Notes under the pieces: generated by a model
Seen by the model: only the letters and a program-made list of their open reading frames with translations
Told to the model about the DNA's origin: nothing
The model's database searches: none
Shown here: in pieces, positions 47,402 through 57,633 of the stretch
Position numbering within the stretch: the first letter of the stretch is position 1
Layout: every line of letters begins with the position of its first letter
From: a virus
Length of the DNA: 64,000 nucleotides
IMG/VR virus record: IMGVR_UViG_3300005471_000011
Location: 1-64,000 of that record
Direction: 5' to 3' (one strand)
Program-made: the position numbers and the translations under genes

Positions 47402-47595
47402 ACCCGCAGTCCAATCAATTTGTGGTGGCAGTGTTAATCGGGTTGGCGCTGGTCTCGCCTTGGTTCGGCGTCATAACAGTGTGGGTCTTGGTCAACGGGT
47501 TGTCGAAACGGTTCGATTATTTCCAGGGCTATTGGGAGAGCAGGCTGGCGAAGCGAGACAGCACAGTCAAGGATGCGCAGGTAGCTCAGAAGTGA
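47398..47595 (+). CDS. small membrane protein
   Basis: Long hydrophobic N-terminus. Confidence 0.5.
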   Translation: MNPQSNQFVVAVLIGLALVSPWFGVITVWVLVNGLSKRFDYFQGYWESRLAKRDSTVKDAQVAQK

Positions 47596-47631
47596 GATTG
47601 CCGATGCGCAGAGCGATGACAAGAGCGACTC

Positions 47632-50600
47632 ATGCGGACAAAGCGAAAACTCATCTTCGTGCCGGCGGCAGCGGAAGGGCCTAGTAATTTCCCGTCTGGA
47701 GCTATTGGCATTTTTCTCTTAGGCGGTGGCAGCGGCGACACGATTCCTAATCTCGTCTCTGGTATATCTGACCTGACGCTCGTCGGCTCGGAAGACCCGC
47801 CCGACGACGCTTCGAATCCGCCAGGCAATCACGATGCCATAAGATTCGATGGCAAGTTGACGCTCAACTCCGGCATCGGACCAACCTACACGCATACCTT
47901 CCCGCTCGACTACACGAAGGGCACCTACGCGGTCAGCGAGCCATTTCCCAATACGTTCGGGAGTGGCGGGACGTGGGGAGTTAGGTTCCGCTCAGCGCCG
48001 TGGGTGTTTTACGGAGAAGGAGAGTACCTCCCGATGGCAAGTGCCGGACAGATGGGCATTTGCACTTTCCGGCCTTACGACATGGCTACCGAGAGTGAGC
48101 TGTACCCCAACATCGAGGACGGCGCGCGGTATCTTAGATTCATCCGGTATGATCCTACCCCCGGCCAGCTCTTTATGGTTGCTGGAGAGGGCAACCCGGA
48201 ACTCGGCCCGAACTCAGACAGGATCGACGCGGTTGACGCCTATCCTGACTACGGCATGAGCGACATGGACGTTGACCATATCGCTATCGTCTCGTTCACG
48301 CCTGAGTACGTAAAGCTTTACGTTGACAATGTGCTGGTTGGCACGACTACTCGTCAGACAGAGAACTACGAAACTGACTATTTAACGATCCAGCTTGGCC
48401 TTCACAACCTGATTCATTCTTCGGAGCGATGCTACTTCGACGGCGAGTTGAACTGGCTTGCCGTCTATGACAGAACGCTGACGGGCGATGCGACAAACGA
48501 AGGGGAAAACCCGACCGGAGAAATCAACGCTCTGTATGAGGCGATGGCCGCTGAGCCGGGCACGTATCCGACTTACGAGTCCATCGTCCTCCCGCACGAC
48601 ACGATTCCCAATCTAGCCGTCTCGGCTGACACCAAGGCCATAAGCAGCGGGCCGTGGTCTAGTTCTGCTACTTGGGATAACGGGCTGCCGGCTGCTGGCG
48701 ACACTTGGGGAATCTGCGCTGGGATCGTCGTTGACTATGACATGGGCAACGACACGACTCGCTATCGGGCGGGCGGTATCGCTCCCACAGGACGGTTGAG
48801 GTTTCCGCGAGACGCAGACAGCCAACTCTGGATTCAGCACCTGATGGAGTATTGGGACGAGGATAGCGGCAAGCTCGGCTGGCTGGACATGGGCACGGAG
48901 ACGAATCCCATCCAAGCAGCATTCACCTGCGAGACCATTATTCTCAATGAACCGCTGGAAACAGGAACAGCAGCGTCTCCCGGTGTTGACCCCAAGCAGT
49001 ACGGCAACGGTTTGATTTCTCTTGGCAAGTGGACGGCGAAAGGTAAGGAACGCACGCGGCTGCTGCGACTGGGTGCCGAGCCGCAGGCGACGGATACGAC
49101 GCTCACTCTCTCGGCGACTCCGACCGGCTGGGAGGACGGCGACGATCTTCTCATACCCGACAGCCGCCAGCTTGATTCCAGCACCTATCTAGGAAACTAT
49201 GCCTCACATTGGGAGATTCGGCAGCAGGCCAGTCGCAGCGGGACGGTGGTGACGCTTGACTCCGCTTTGAGCTACGACCATCCAGGCGGTGAGTCCAACT
49301 ACAGCGTCGGGCAAGGGACCGGTGAGGCGGACTTTCTGCCGCACGTCGCGAATCTGACGAGCAACGTCATTGTGCGGTCGGAGGACGGGACCGGAACTCG
49401 TGGGCATATCTTCGTGACGCATCGGGCACATCTTGATATCTGCGACATCCGAATCTCGCAGATGGGCCGGACGGCTAATGGGCCGGCGTCCAGCGGCACA
49501 CAGGGATTAAACAACACGATCCTCGGCAAGACTGTAACTGGGGCGACGAACGCCAGCCCAATCGTCGTCACGGTCTCCGACGACTTCACCGAACTGCGGA
49601 ACCTGCTCCACAATGGTGATGAGGTCTATATCTCTGGCGTCGGTGGCAACACGGCAGCCAACGGCACGTTCACTATCGCCAACGTAACGCTGGGGCTGTT
49701 CGTATATACGTTCGAGCTTGTCGGAACGACTGGGAACGGCGCATACACCAGCGGTGGAACTGTCAACCACATCGGCACGAATCAGATCGGCCGGTATGCC
49801 TTCCACGCTCACCACTTGTATGGACCCGTGAACGGCGTCGGTGACTTCTCGACCGAGACCGCTGACTTGGTATTGGAGGCGACAACAGCCACTGGCGACT
49901 CTATCTTGGCGGCCACCGGATCAGCGGGACCTGACCCAATCGACCTGACAGGCGTCCAGCGTCAGGGAAGGATCGAGCGGGTAGTGATCGACGATCCGTT
50001 GCCGGCCCCGCCTTCGGCCACGCTGCCGGCGTCGAAGTGGGGCATGACAGTCCACGGTACGGGCTACCTGGAAATCAAGGACTGCGTTGTTTTGCACTAT
50101 GCCGGTTCTGGAGGTGCCATTGAGGATGGCAGCGAGAAGCACAATGCATTCATCCGCGTCGCCAACTTTAGCTGCATTGGAGACGTGAGCGCCCGCGAGA
50201 CGGACGGTCGCTCCGGCACCGGCATCTTTGGCATCGGCTTCAACAACTTCTTCATCGACTGCGTGTCCGCCGGCTGCGCTGGCAAGTACAGCGGCATCGT
50301 CTCTGGTTCGGGCTATCTGCTCTTTGTTCCCCCGTCTTCTACAGCCAACACGCGCCAGCCGCTGTATCCGGGTGCGGACGTCCACGACGGCACGGAGGGC
50401 GTGGATTACGAGTTGGTCAACATCTTGGAACAGCCAATCGCTGCGTTCTATCGCAATGAGGCATACGGTGCCATCGCCGCAGCTATTGACATCTGGCACC
50501 TCGGCAGCGGTGGGTACAGCACGGTGGACGTGACGCCTACCGTGCTGCTGGAGTGCGTGAGTTGGCACGCCTGGGAAGAGGGTCTAGCGTTCCTCTACCC

Positions 50601-51288
50601 GACCTCAAATCTCATCATCGACGGCTGCGTGTATCGGGGCGACACCACCGCGGGAGAACCAACGTATCGCGGACTGATGTGGGGCGACTACTGGAATGGC
50701 GGCGACTCCCACATTCGCAACTGCGACTTCCGTGGATGCATGGATGGGATTAGCGGGAACACCAACATTCACGGTACTCTGAGGATCGAGAACGTCAATC
50801 TGCTGGTGAAGCAACACGGCATTGCGATTGATACGCCGTCAACGCCGGGCACGGGCAGCGGCTCCGGGGACCAGGAAATCCGCATCGTCAACTGCCCGGA
50901 GGTGACGTTCTACGGCTCGGTGAGCCCGCGATATGAAATCGCGATGGTTTATTCGATTGCCGCTGGCAATACCAACCTGCGTGTGTTGCAGGCGGTGTAC
51001 ATCGAGGACTACCACCAAGTCACTGATGACAACTTCCGCTTGTATTACGAGGAGCAGCTCAGCACATACGTGATGCCGCAGTCCGTCGGCTCACCGACGT
51101 TCCTCACAGCTTGCCCAGAGGCTGATTTGACGAACGCGGAAGCCTACGTGGCCTACCACCAGGACGGCACCGCCAAGAGTCCGCCGGGCAGTTTAGGTGA
51201 CAGCGAAGGCTGTGCGATTGCGGGGGCGGTCGCTCCAGACGACTATACGACGCGAGCAGAGATTCTCGGTCTCATCGACGAAAGCTAG
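47632..51288 (+). CDS. large putative virion protein with LamG-like, G8 and parallel beta-helix domains (possible depolymerase)
   Basis: LYVDNV..G/FDGEL..LAVYDR.LT; SGPWSS.ATW..GLP.AGD; GW..GD.L.IPD; VANLT.NV.VRS; GRYAFH.HH. Confidence 0.7.
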   Translation: MRTKRKLIFVPAAAEGPSNFPSGAIGIFLLGGGSGDTIPNLVSGISDLTLVGSEDPPDDASNPPGNHDAIRFDGKLTLNSGIGPTYTHTFPLDYTKGTYAVSEPFPNTFGSGGTWGVRFRSAPWVFYGEGEYLPMASAGQMGICTFRPYDMATESELYPNIEDGARYLRFIRYDPTPGQLFMVAGEGNPELGPNSDRIDAVDAYPDYGMSDMDVDHIAIVSFTPEYVKLYVDNVLVGTTTRQTENYETDYLTIQLGLHNLIHSSERCYFDGELNWLAVYDRTLTGDATNEGENPTGEINALYEAMAAEPGTYPTYESIVLPHDTIPNLAVSADTKAISSGPWSSSATWDNGLPAAGDTWGICAGIVVDYDMGNDTTRYRAGGIAPTGRLRFPRDADSQLWIQHLMEYWDEDSGKLGWLDMGTETNPIQAAFTCETIILNEPLETGTAASPGVDPKQYGNGLISLGKWTAKGKERTRLLRLGAEPQATDTTLTLSATPTGWEDGDDLLIPDSRQLDSSTYLGNYASHWEIRQQASRSGTVVTLDSALSYDHPGGESNYSVGQGTGEADFLPHVANLTSNVIVRSEDGTGTRGHIFVTHRAHLDICDIRISQMGRTANGPASSGTQGLNNTILGKTVTGATNASPIVVTVSDDFTELRNLLHNGDEVYISGVGGNTAANGTFTIANVTLGLFVYTFELVGTTGNGAYTSGGTVNHIGTNQIGRYAFHAHHLYGPVNGVGDFSTETADLVLEATTATGDSILAATGSAGPDPIDLTGVQRQGRIERVVIDDPLPAPPSATLPASKWGMTVHGTGYLEIKDCVVLHYAGSGGAIEDGSEKHNAFIRVANFSCIGDVSARETDGRSGTGIFGIGFNNFFIDCVSAGCAGKYSGIVSGSGYLLFVPPSSTANTRQPLYPGADVHDGTEGVDYELVNILEQPIAAFYRNEAYGAIAAAIDIWHLGSGGYSTVDVTPTVLLECVSWHAWEEGLAFLYPTSNLIIDGCVYRGDTTAGEPTYRGLMWGDYWNGGDSHIRNCDFRGCMDGISGNTNIHGTLRIENVNLLVKQHGIAIDTPSTPGTGSGSGDQEIRIVNCPEVTFYGSVSPRYEIAMVYSIAAGNTNLRVLQAVYIEDYHQVTDDNFRLYYEEQLSTYVMPQSVGSPTFLTACPEADLTNAEAYVAYHQDGTAKSPPGSLGDSEGCAIAGAVAPDDYTTRAEILGLIDES

Positions 51289-51293
51289 AACCA

Positions 51294-52118
51294 ATGGCAT
51301 GGACCCAGCAAGTCGAGGACACTTTTACTGGTAGTTTTACCGACCAGATCGCCGGTCGGACCCCAGATACGCAGGGATCAGCTTGGGGGGCTGATCAAGG
51401 GACGGCTGCCGACTGGGTTATTGATGTAACACCCGACGCAATCGACATCGGGGCTTCCGGCGACACTTGGATACTGAACACGACAGCGCTGGCCGACAAG
51501 CAGGCGGCGGAAGTCGTGATGAAGGATGCGCAAGGGATCATCGGCGTCGGCGTGCGGCTGGACGCTTCCGGCAACGGCTACATGGCTCGTTGGGACAGCC
51601 GAGCAATCGCTCAGGATTTGCAGCTTTCCAAGATTTCTTCGGGGACGTTTTCCAGTCTAGGCAGTTACACGTCTGCAAATGGTGCTGATGGCGACGTGTT
51701 AAGAATTGAGGTTGATGGAACATCGTTGACCGTGCTAATCAACGGTTCTGTGGTAATAGGCCCGACGACGGATGCAACTTACAGTTCTGGCAACGCCGGA
51801 ATGTGGACGAATGCGGCAACGAACGGAAAGATCAACTCGTTTAAGGCTTTTGACGAGGCGGCTGATGAAAGCAGCTCCAGTGCGTCCTCGTCAAGCACTA
51901 GCAGCGTTTCGTCCAGTTCGACATCCTCCGCGAGCAGCTCCAGCACGAGTACGGTCAGTTCGTCATCGACGAGCAGCGAATCGTCCTCTTCGACATCTTC
52001 TGCATCCTCTAGTTCCACGTCTTCAGCGTCCAGCTCGTCAAGTTCTTCGAGCGCCGACGTTATCGCTTTTGTCCCCATCCTGAAACGGAGATACGTCCAT
52101 GAGAGTTTATACGCTTGA
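51294..52118 (+). CDS. beta-sandwich protein with a poly-Ser tail
   Basis: GD.LRIEV.GTSL.V.ING...TD.TYSSG.AG followed by a Ser tract. Confidence 0.7.
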   Translation: MAWTQQVEDTFTGSFTDQIAGRTPDTQGSAWGADQGTAADWVIDVTPDAIDIGASGDTWILNTTALADKQAAEVVMKDAQGIIGVGVRLDASGNGYMARWDSRAIAQDLQLSKISSGTFSSLGSYTSANGADGDVLRIEVDGTSLTVLINGSVVIGPTTDATYSSGNAGMWTNAATNGKINSFKAFDEAADESSSSASSSSTSSVSSSSTSSASSSSTSTVSSSSTSSESSSSTSSASSSSTSSASSSSSSSSADVIAFVPILKRRYVHESLYA

Positions 52119-52587
52119 GCATCAGATCGCGGCGCTGAACCCGGCGGCTGGCGACAGCCTGCTGATCATCGAGCTGCCCAGTGATCTCGTCGTCGCGATC
52201 TTTAAGGTCGGGGTTTACAATCTCGACAATGACGTGCACGAAATGATCGACGTGGGGCTGTTCCGCGTCAACAACAAGGGCAGCCTTGCGGGCGGTGGCT
52301 CAGCGCCAACGCCGCGCCTGCATGACGGCGGCGATGTAGCCAGCAGCGTGGTTGTCTATGAAGCAGGCAACACTGGCATGGCAACGGAGCCGACGAGCTG
52401 GTTTTCCAATCCATACGATCAGCAGGGCGTGTCGAATCTATCCGGCTACGAGCGGGAATGGCCGCGCGACGTGTCGAAATGCCCGATCCTCAGCCCCAGC
52501 CAATTGGCTGGCCTGCGCCTGATGACGGCAGTATCCACGGGATTCAAAGCCCAGTGCCTGATTGAGTTCGCCGAGATCGGAGGCTAG
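52099..52587 (+). CDS. putative virion protein
   Basis: Context; beta-rich. Confidence 0.6.
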   Translation: MRVYTLEHQIAALNPAAGDSLLIIELPSDLVVAIFKVGVYNLDNDVHEMIDVGLFRVNNKGSLAGGGSAPTPRLHDGGDVASSVVVYEAGNTGMATEPTSWFSNPYDQQGVSNLSGYEREWPRDVSKCPILSPSQLAGLRLMTAVSTGFKAQCLIEFAEIGG

Positions 52588-52611
52588 TACGAATGACATG
52601 GAGGCGCAGCA

Positions 52612-52929
52612 ATGGTCACGTGGAAAATCTATTACGGGGACGCGAGCACGTTTTCCAATGAGGACGGGCCGCCTGAATCTGCGCCATGCGGCCGAGTCAT
52701 CTGCGTAGCGTTCTACGACGAGGACAATCGCCGCAAACTCTGCCATCAAGCGGACTTCTACATCTGGGACAAAGGCCGCTGGTTCTCCGCCAGCGATTCC
52801 GGTTTCTGGCAGTACATGGGCGAGCCAGGTTTCAAGGTCGTGAAGTTCGGCCGTGAGATCGGCGACTTGGAATACCGGCGGATCATGTCGGCAGCAATGA
52901 ACGACCTGCCGCTGGAGAACGCCGACTAA
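52612..52929 (+). CDS. hypothetical protein
   Basis: GGAGG RBS. Confidence 0.65.
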   Translation: MVTWKIYYGDASTFSNEDGPPESAPCGRVICVAFYDEDNRRKLCHQADFYIWDKGRWFSASDSGFWQYMGEPGFKVVKFGREIGDLEYRRIMSAAMNDLPLENAD

Positions 52930-55421
52930 TGACATGCCCGGCCGCATTCAACCAGAAAGCTTTTCGCGGCCGAAACGACGACGGCAACGAGACGACTGCC
53001 ACCTGGAAGGCGAACCAGAACACCAACTGGACGCAACTCGTTGACGTCAATTTCCGGGTGCGGTTTGAGATCCAGGAGACGGCCGCTTGCGCGGGGGCCA
53101 ACAAGGTTTGGCGCCTGCAATACAACCGCAATTCCGCTGGCTGGGTTGACGTCAGCGGTTCCAGCAACGTCGTGCGCGCATCCGCGTCCGCGAATTTAGC
53201 GGACGGTGCAAACCTGACCGACCAGCTCACGGTTGGGACCGGGACGTTCATCGGCGCGACTGGCTTCGACGAAGTGGACGGCAATGCCGGCGGTGCCTCG
53301 ATGGACGTGGCCGCGTCCGGCCATTCGGAGTGCGAGTTTTCCGTACAACTGCGCTCGGCCGATGTGTCGGACGGCGACGCGATTCAGCTTCGCGTCAGCG
53401 ACGCCGGGACGGCAATCGCCGCATACGATGCGACGCCTAGCATGACCGCAGACGTGCAAAGCGCCAGCTCTGCAAGCTCGGTCAGCAGTTCCAGCACCAG
53501 CAGCATTTCATCGTCCTCGACGAGTTCTGCGTCATCATCGTCAACGAGTTCCGCAAGCTCAGTCAGCAGCTCTAGTACCTCGTCGGCAAGCTCCAGCAGC
53601 ACGTCGTCAGCCTCAAGTGTTTCCAGTTCATCAACCTCCAGCGCCAGTTCTGTTTCGTCGGAATCATCTTCCAGTACGAGCAGCGAATCTTCGTCGAGCA
53701 CAAGCACGGCCAGCTCACTGTCTTCATCATCAACTTCGTCGGCCAGCTCGGTATCAAGCAGCAGTTCTAGTACCTCGCAGAGCGCCGGCGGTACCAGCTA
53801 TCGTTACGTCATCACGCGGCGGACGACGCGGTTCCTGTACGAGGAATATCCGCTGCCAAGAACAGCCGCGGATCGCCTGGCACCACAGGAGGAAGAAAGC
53901 AGCAATAGTTCTAGCTCGACCTCCAGCGCAAGTTCTTCGTCAACGTCTAGCGCTTCGTCCTCAAGCACGAGCACGGAATCATCGAGCGTCAGCAGCTCCT
54001 CGACATCCACGGCTTCAAGCAGCTCAACCTCGTCGGCGTCGTCGAGCAGCACGAGCACCGCTTCCTCGCTGAGTAGCGAATCCAGCGTCAGTTCGGTTTC
54101 GAGTTCCTCTACTAGCAGCGAGTCATCAAGCAGTACGTCCTCGGCAAGTAGTATTTCGTCATCGAGCACCAGTAGCGCCAGTTCTGTTTCCAGCAGCTCA
54201 ACATCCTCACCGACAAGCGAATCCAGCGCTAGTTCGGTGTCCAGCTCCAGCGTCAGTAGCTCATCCACCTCCAGCGAATCATCTTCCAGTACATCGTCGA
54301 TCAGCTCTAGCTCCACAAGCACTGCCTCCACAAGTTCTTCTGGCGTTGGCCCAACCATCGTTTATGTGGTGATCCGGCGAACCATGCGGTTTGCTAAGCC
54401 GGAAGATGATCGCTCGGACGCCGTCATCGTCGAAACGACTGTTGTCGAAGATGAGGAGTCGAGTTCATCCACAGCCAGCAGCGTTTCTTCGTCGAGCACA
54501 AGTTCCGCCAGCTCCAGCTCGACATCCACTGTTTCTTCATCCTCGACCAGCTCGGCAAGTTCGGTCAGTTCGGTCAGTAGTAGCTCCACTTCATCCGCTT
54601 CTTCAAGCAGCACGTCGAGCGTCTCAATCGCCAGTTCGCTGAGTTCGGTTTCCAGCTTATCGACATCAAGCATCTCGTCGTCTAGCACCAGTACCGCGAG
54701 TAGCAGCGTTTCATCCTCTAGCACTAGCAGTGCGAGCAGCAGCTCGACATCCAGCGCATCCTCAAGCAGCACGTCAACGCAAAGCAGCTCAGTATCGAGT
54801 TCTTCTACGTCGAGCATTTCAAGCAGCTCTACGTCGTCGATCAGCTCTAGCTCAACGTCAACCGAAAGCAGTTCCCAGTCGGTGGACGAGTCAACGTCCA
54901 GCACGCGATCTTCGTCCAGCACGTCGAGCATTTCGAGTTCATCGACCTCCTCCGCATCGTCGATCAGCTCCGTCAGCAGCAGCTCGACCTCCAGCGTTAG
55001 CTCGGCATCCTCCGCCAGCTCGTCTAGCACGAGCACCGCGTCGAGTTTGTCCAGCTCCTCAACGTCCTCGGTCAGCAGCGTTAGTTCTGTTTCAAGTTCA
55101 AGCACCTCAAGCGTCAGCAGCGCATCGACGCTCAGCTCCTCTTCGACGAGTTCAATCTCCAGCCTGTCCTCGGCCAGCTCGCAAAGTTCCTCCAGCACCA
55201 GCTCGGCAAGCAGTTCCTCGACAAGCAGCATCTCCTCATCGAGCACGAGTAGCCTGTCTTCTCAAAGCAGTTCCAGCCTTTCCACGAGTTCCAGCTCCAG
55301 CGGTTTGGGATTGTTTCCGGCCTGCGCAGGTGCTACAAGGGTTGGGATTGCTCACGCGGGAGCACGACGGGTAGGACCATACACTGCGGGGGCGCAGCGC
55401 AAGTCGGAGGAACGCGAATGA
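52929..55421 (+). CDS. large Ser/Thr-rich protein with three poly-Ser blocks
   Basis: N-domain (FRGRNDDG.E..ATW, FRVRF) followed by Ser tracts separated by short basic/acidic linkers. Confidence 0.75.
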   Translation: MTCPAAFNQKAFRGRNDDGNETTATWKANQNTNWTQLVDVNFRVRFEIQETAACAGANKVWRLQYNRNSAGWVDVSGSSNVVRASASANLADGANLTDQLTVGTGTFIGATGFDEVDGNAGGASMDVAASGHSECEFSVQLRSADVSDGDAIQLRVSDAGTAIAAYDATPSMTADVQSASSASSVSSSSTSSISSSSTSSASSSSTSSASSVSSSSTSSASSSSTSSASSVSSSSTSSASSVSSESSSSTSSESSSSTSTASSLSSSSTSSASSVSSSSSSTSQSAGGTSYRYVITRRTTRFLYEEYPLPRTAADRLAPQEEESSNSSSSTSSASSSSTSSASSSSTSTESSSVSSSSTSTASSSSTSSASSSSTSTASSLSSESSVSSVSSSSTSSESSSSTSSASSISSSSTSSASSVSSSSTSSPTSESSASSVSSSSVSSSSTSSESSSSTSSISSSSTSTASTSSSGVGPTIVYVVIRRTMRFAKPEDDRSDAVIVETTVVEDEESSSSTASSVSSSSTSSASSSSTSTVSSSSTSSASSVSSVSSSSTSSASSSSTSSVSIASSLSSVSSLSTSSISSSSTSTASSSVSSSSTSSASSSSTSSASSSSTSTQSSSVSSSSTSSISSSSTSSISSSSTSTESSSQSVDESTSSTRSSSSTSSISSSSTSSASSISSVSSSSTSSVSSASSASSSSTSTASSLSSSSTSSVSSVSSVSSSSTSSVSSASTLSSSSTSSISSLSSASSQSSSSTSSASSSSTSSISSSSTSSLSSQSSSSLSTSSSSSGLGLFPACAGATRVGIAHAGARRVGPYTAGAQRKSEERE

Positions 55422-55798
55422 CGGTTGCCAACAATGCGGGGCTGACGTTCTACGCCGAGCGCAACCGCAAGTGCGTGTTCGAGGTGCCAATCGGGGAAGC
55501 GGACCTTGACGACGCTTTGATCGCCAGCGACGACAATGTTCGCGTCAAGATCGGGCGCAATGGGCAGGCACCGCTTCTAGAAATCCAAAGCGCCAGCGCA
55601 ACGGACAACGGGAGCATCTGCACGGCCGCCAACCCAACTATTGTCACCATCGCGGCCGGGGACATGACTTTCGCCGCCGGCATCTACGATATGGAGGTTC
55701 TGATCATCGACAAGTCGGAAGCCAACGCGCCGAAGAAGGCGGAGACCGGCGTGTTTGTCTTGCGTGAATCTTTCGGCGGAGATGTTGGGCTAACGTAA
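55418..55798 (+). CDS. putative virion protein
   Basis: Coupled; beta-rich with GIYD.EV. Confidence 0.6.
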   Translation: MTVANNAGLTFYAERNRKCVFEVPIGEADLDDALIASDDNVRVKIGRNGQAPLLEIQSASATDNGSICTAANPTIVTIAAGDMTFAAGIYDMEVLIIDKSEANAPKKAETGVFVLRESFGGDVGLT

Positions 55799-55809
55799 AT
55801 GGTGCCACT

Positions 55810-56634
55810 ATGATTGTCCTTGAGGCTGAACTTCGCGGGGCGCTGGGATTGCTGCCGAACATCACCGACGTGCAGCGGGTGCGGTGCACGCTGGCGCTGC
55901 TGGGCGGGCACGCTGCCGTGCGGACCTATATCCACTACGACCCCGAGCAAAAGGCAGGTATTGCTGAGTTCTACCCCAGGAACGAGCTGAGCGCCGTAGA
56001 AAGCCTTGACGGCACGTGGGACGTGTCCGGCGGCAAGGCTGTCTTTGAAGGCGACACGCTGCTCGGAAGGTATTTGCAACTTCAGCGGCTTCCGGTTCGT
56101 GCAGTCACTGATCTTCGCGTTGACCTGGACGCACGCAGCGGGCAAGGAGCAGGGGATTTTGCATCCGATACCATCTGGACCGTCGGCGAGGACTACTGGG
56201 TGGAGTGGGACCAGGCGAATGTGTGCTTATCGGGGCAGTTGATCAGCGACCGCGGTTGGCCAGCATCCATCGGTAAGGTCCGCGTCGTCTATCGCGCGGG
56301 CTATAGTCCAATCGAGTTCAATGGTCCGGCGGCGGAAAGCGACACCGATGGCGAGGATGTCATCACGACGCAAGGGATTGACGCCAGCGCGCTGAAGTAC
56401 GGCTGCCTGATGGCTTGCGTCGCCAAGTTCCATACCCTTAGCTCGTGGGCGGTCAACTCGATCACCGGATCGCTCACCACCGGTCCGCTCCAGAGCGAAC
56501 GCATGGGCGACTACAACTATACGCTCGCCAATCCCCAGGCTTCGTCGCTAGTCGCCGGCATGGCAAATACGCTGCCGAACGAGATCAAAGAATACCTTGA
56601 GCCCTTCGTCAATTATGGGATTCTCGTTGGATGA
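55810..56634 (+). CDS. head-tail adaptor/connector
   Basis: LQL.RLPV..VT, VRV.YRAGY, LQSERMGDYNYT. Confidence 0.75.
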   Translation: MIVLEAELRGALGLLPNITDVQRVRCTLALLGGHAAVRTYIHYDPEQKAGIAEFYPRNELSAVESLDGTWDVSGGKAVFEGDTLLGRYLQLQRLPVRAVTDLRVDLDARSGQGAGDFASDTIWTVGEDYWVEWDQANVCLSGQLISDRGWPASIGKVRVVYRAGYSPIEFNGPAAESDTDGEDVITTQGIDASALKYGCLMACVAKFHTLSSWAVNSITGSLTTGPLQSERMGDYNYTLANPQASSLVAGMANTLPNEIKEYLEPFVNYGILVG

Positions 56635-56825
56635 GCTTGCCGACAAACCTGTACTGCGAATGCGGACGCATCGCACTTTACGCGCGGAACGTACAAGGCA
56701 AGGCACGAGCGCAAAGCGTCTGCCGGGAGTGCCACGAGCAGGAAGTCCGCAACAGCATTCGCGAGCCTGGTTTTATTGAGTCTCGCGCCGAGCGCATCAT
56801 CCGCAAGCCGATTGGGTCTGTATGA
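56631..56825 (+). CDS. small zinc-finger protein
   Basis: CECG..CREC. Confidence 0.5.
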   Translation: MSLPTNLYCECGRIALYARNVQGKARAQSVCRECHEQEVRNSIREPGFIESRAERIIRKPIGSV

Positions 56826-57283
56826 TCTACAAACTGACGGAACAAGTCTGGTGGGGCAACTGGGAATCGCCAGTGGAGGCCGGGCGGGATGTTCGCTGCA
56901 TCATCAATGTTGCACATAGCTTCAGCCGCCGCCGAGGACGGAATGCCTATTGGGCGCGCCAAGAGCAGGTCCCGTGGGAGACGATTACCTTTCGATTTGC
57001 CAAGAAGGACCGGATGGATGTGACGCCTGAATACCTGGCAGCAATAGCGTCCGCCGTTGATTCAGCAGTGCTTCTCGGCAAGCTGCCAATCTTGACGCAT
57101 TGCCAGATGGGCGGGCATCGCGGGCCAACCACTGCCTTGTTCGTCGCGTGGCATTTGGCGGGCAGAACGCGATCCGCCTTCAATGAGCTGCACGCCAAGG
57201 CGCTGAAGTTGTTCCCGCGTCTCGCCAACGGCAGCAATTTTTACAAGTCAACGCTGGCTTTCTGCGAAGTGAACAGCCGATGA
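56822..57283 (+). CDS. dual-specificity/tyrosine phosphatase-family protein
   Basis: IINVA; ILTHCQMGGHRG matches HCX5R. Confidence 0.75.
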   Translation: MIYKLTEQVWWGNWESPVEAGRDVRCIINVAHSFSRRRGRNAYWARQEQVPWETITFRFAKKDRMDVTPEYLAAIASAVDSAVLLGKLPILTHCQMGGHRGPTTALFVAWHLAGRTRSAFNELHAKALKLFPRLANGSNFYKSTLAFCEVNSR

Positions 57284-57633
57284 GCCTGCTCGACAACTTT
57301 CCGCACACGATTGACTTAGCCAGGGCGACGTACAGCGTTGGCGGCTACGGTGGCGACAAGCATACGCTGACGAGCTTCATTACGGGAGAAGCCGCGTGGG
57401 TTCAGGTCGCTTCGCAAAAAGAAATCGCGGAGTTCGCAAAGAAAGACCAGGACGTCAGCCACAAGATTTACCTTCGCCGCGATCCAGGACTTCAGCTTGA
57501 CGACGATATCTTGGTCCACGGCGGACCCTACGACGGCAAGCACCTAAAGGCGAAGAGCTGGGCGGACGCGACGGCTGGCCTTGGGTACGCATGGAAGTTG
57601 TTCGCATCCCTCAACCGCGAGTCGCAAGCATGA
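57280..57633 (+). CDS. putative head-closure protein
   Basis: Position in the neck module; beta-rich. Confidence 0.6.
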   Translation: MSLLDNFPHTIDLARATYSVGGYGGDKHTLTSFITGEAAWVQVASQKEIAEFAKKDQDVSHKIYLRRDPGLQLDDDILVHGGPYDGKHLKAKSWADATAGLGYAWKLFASLNRESQA

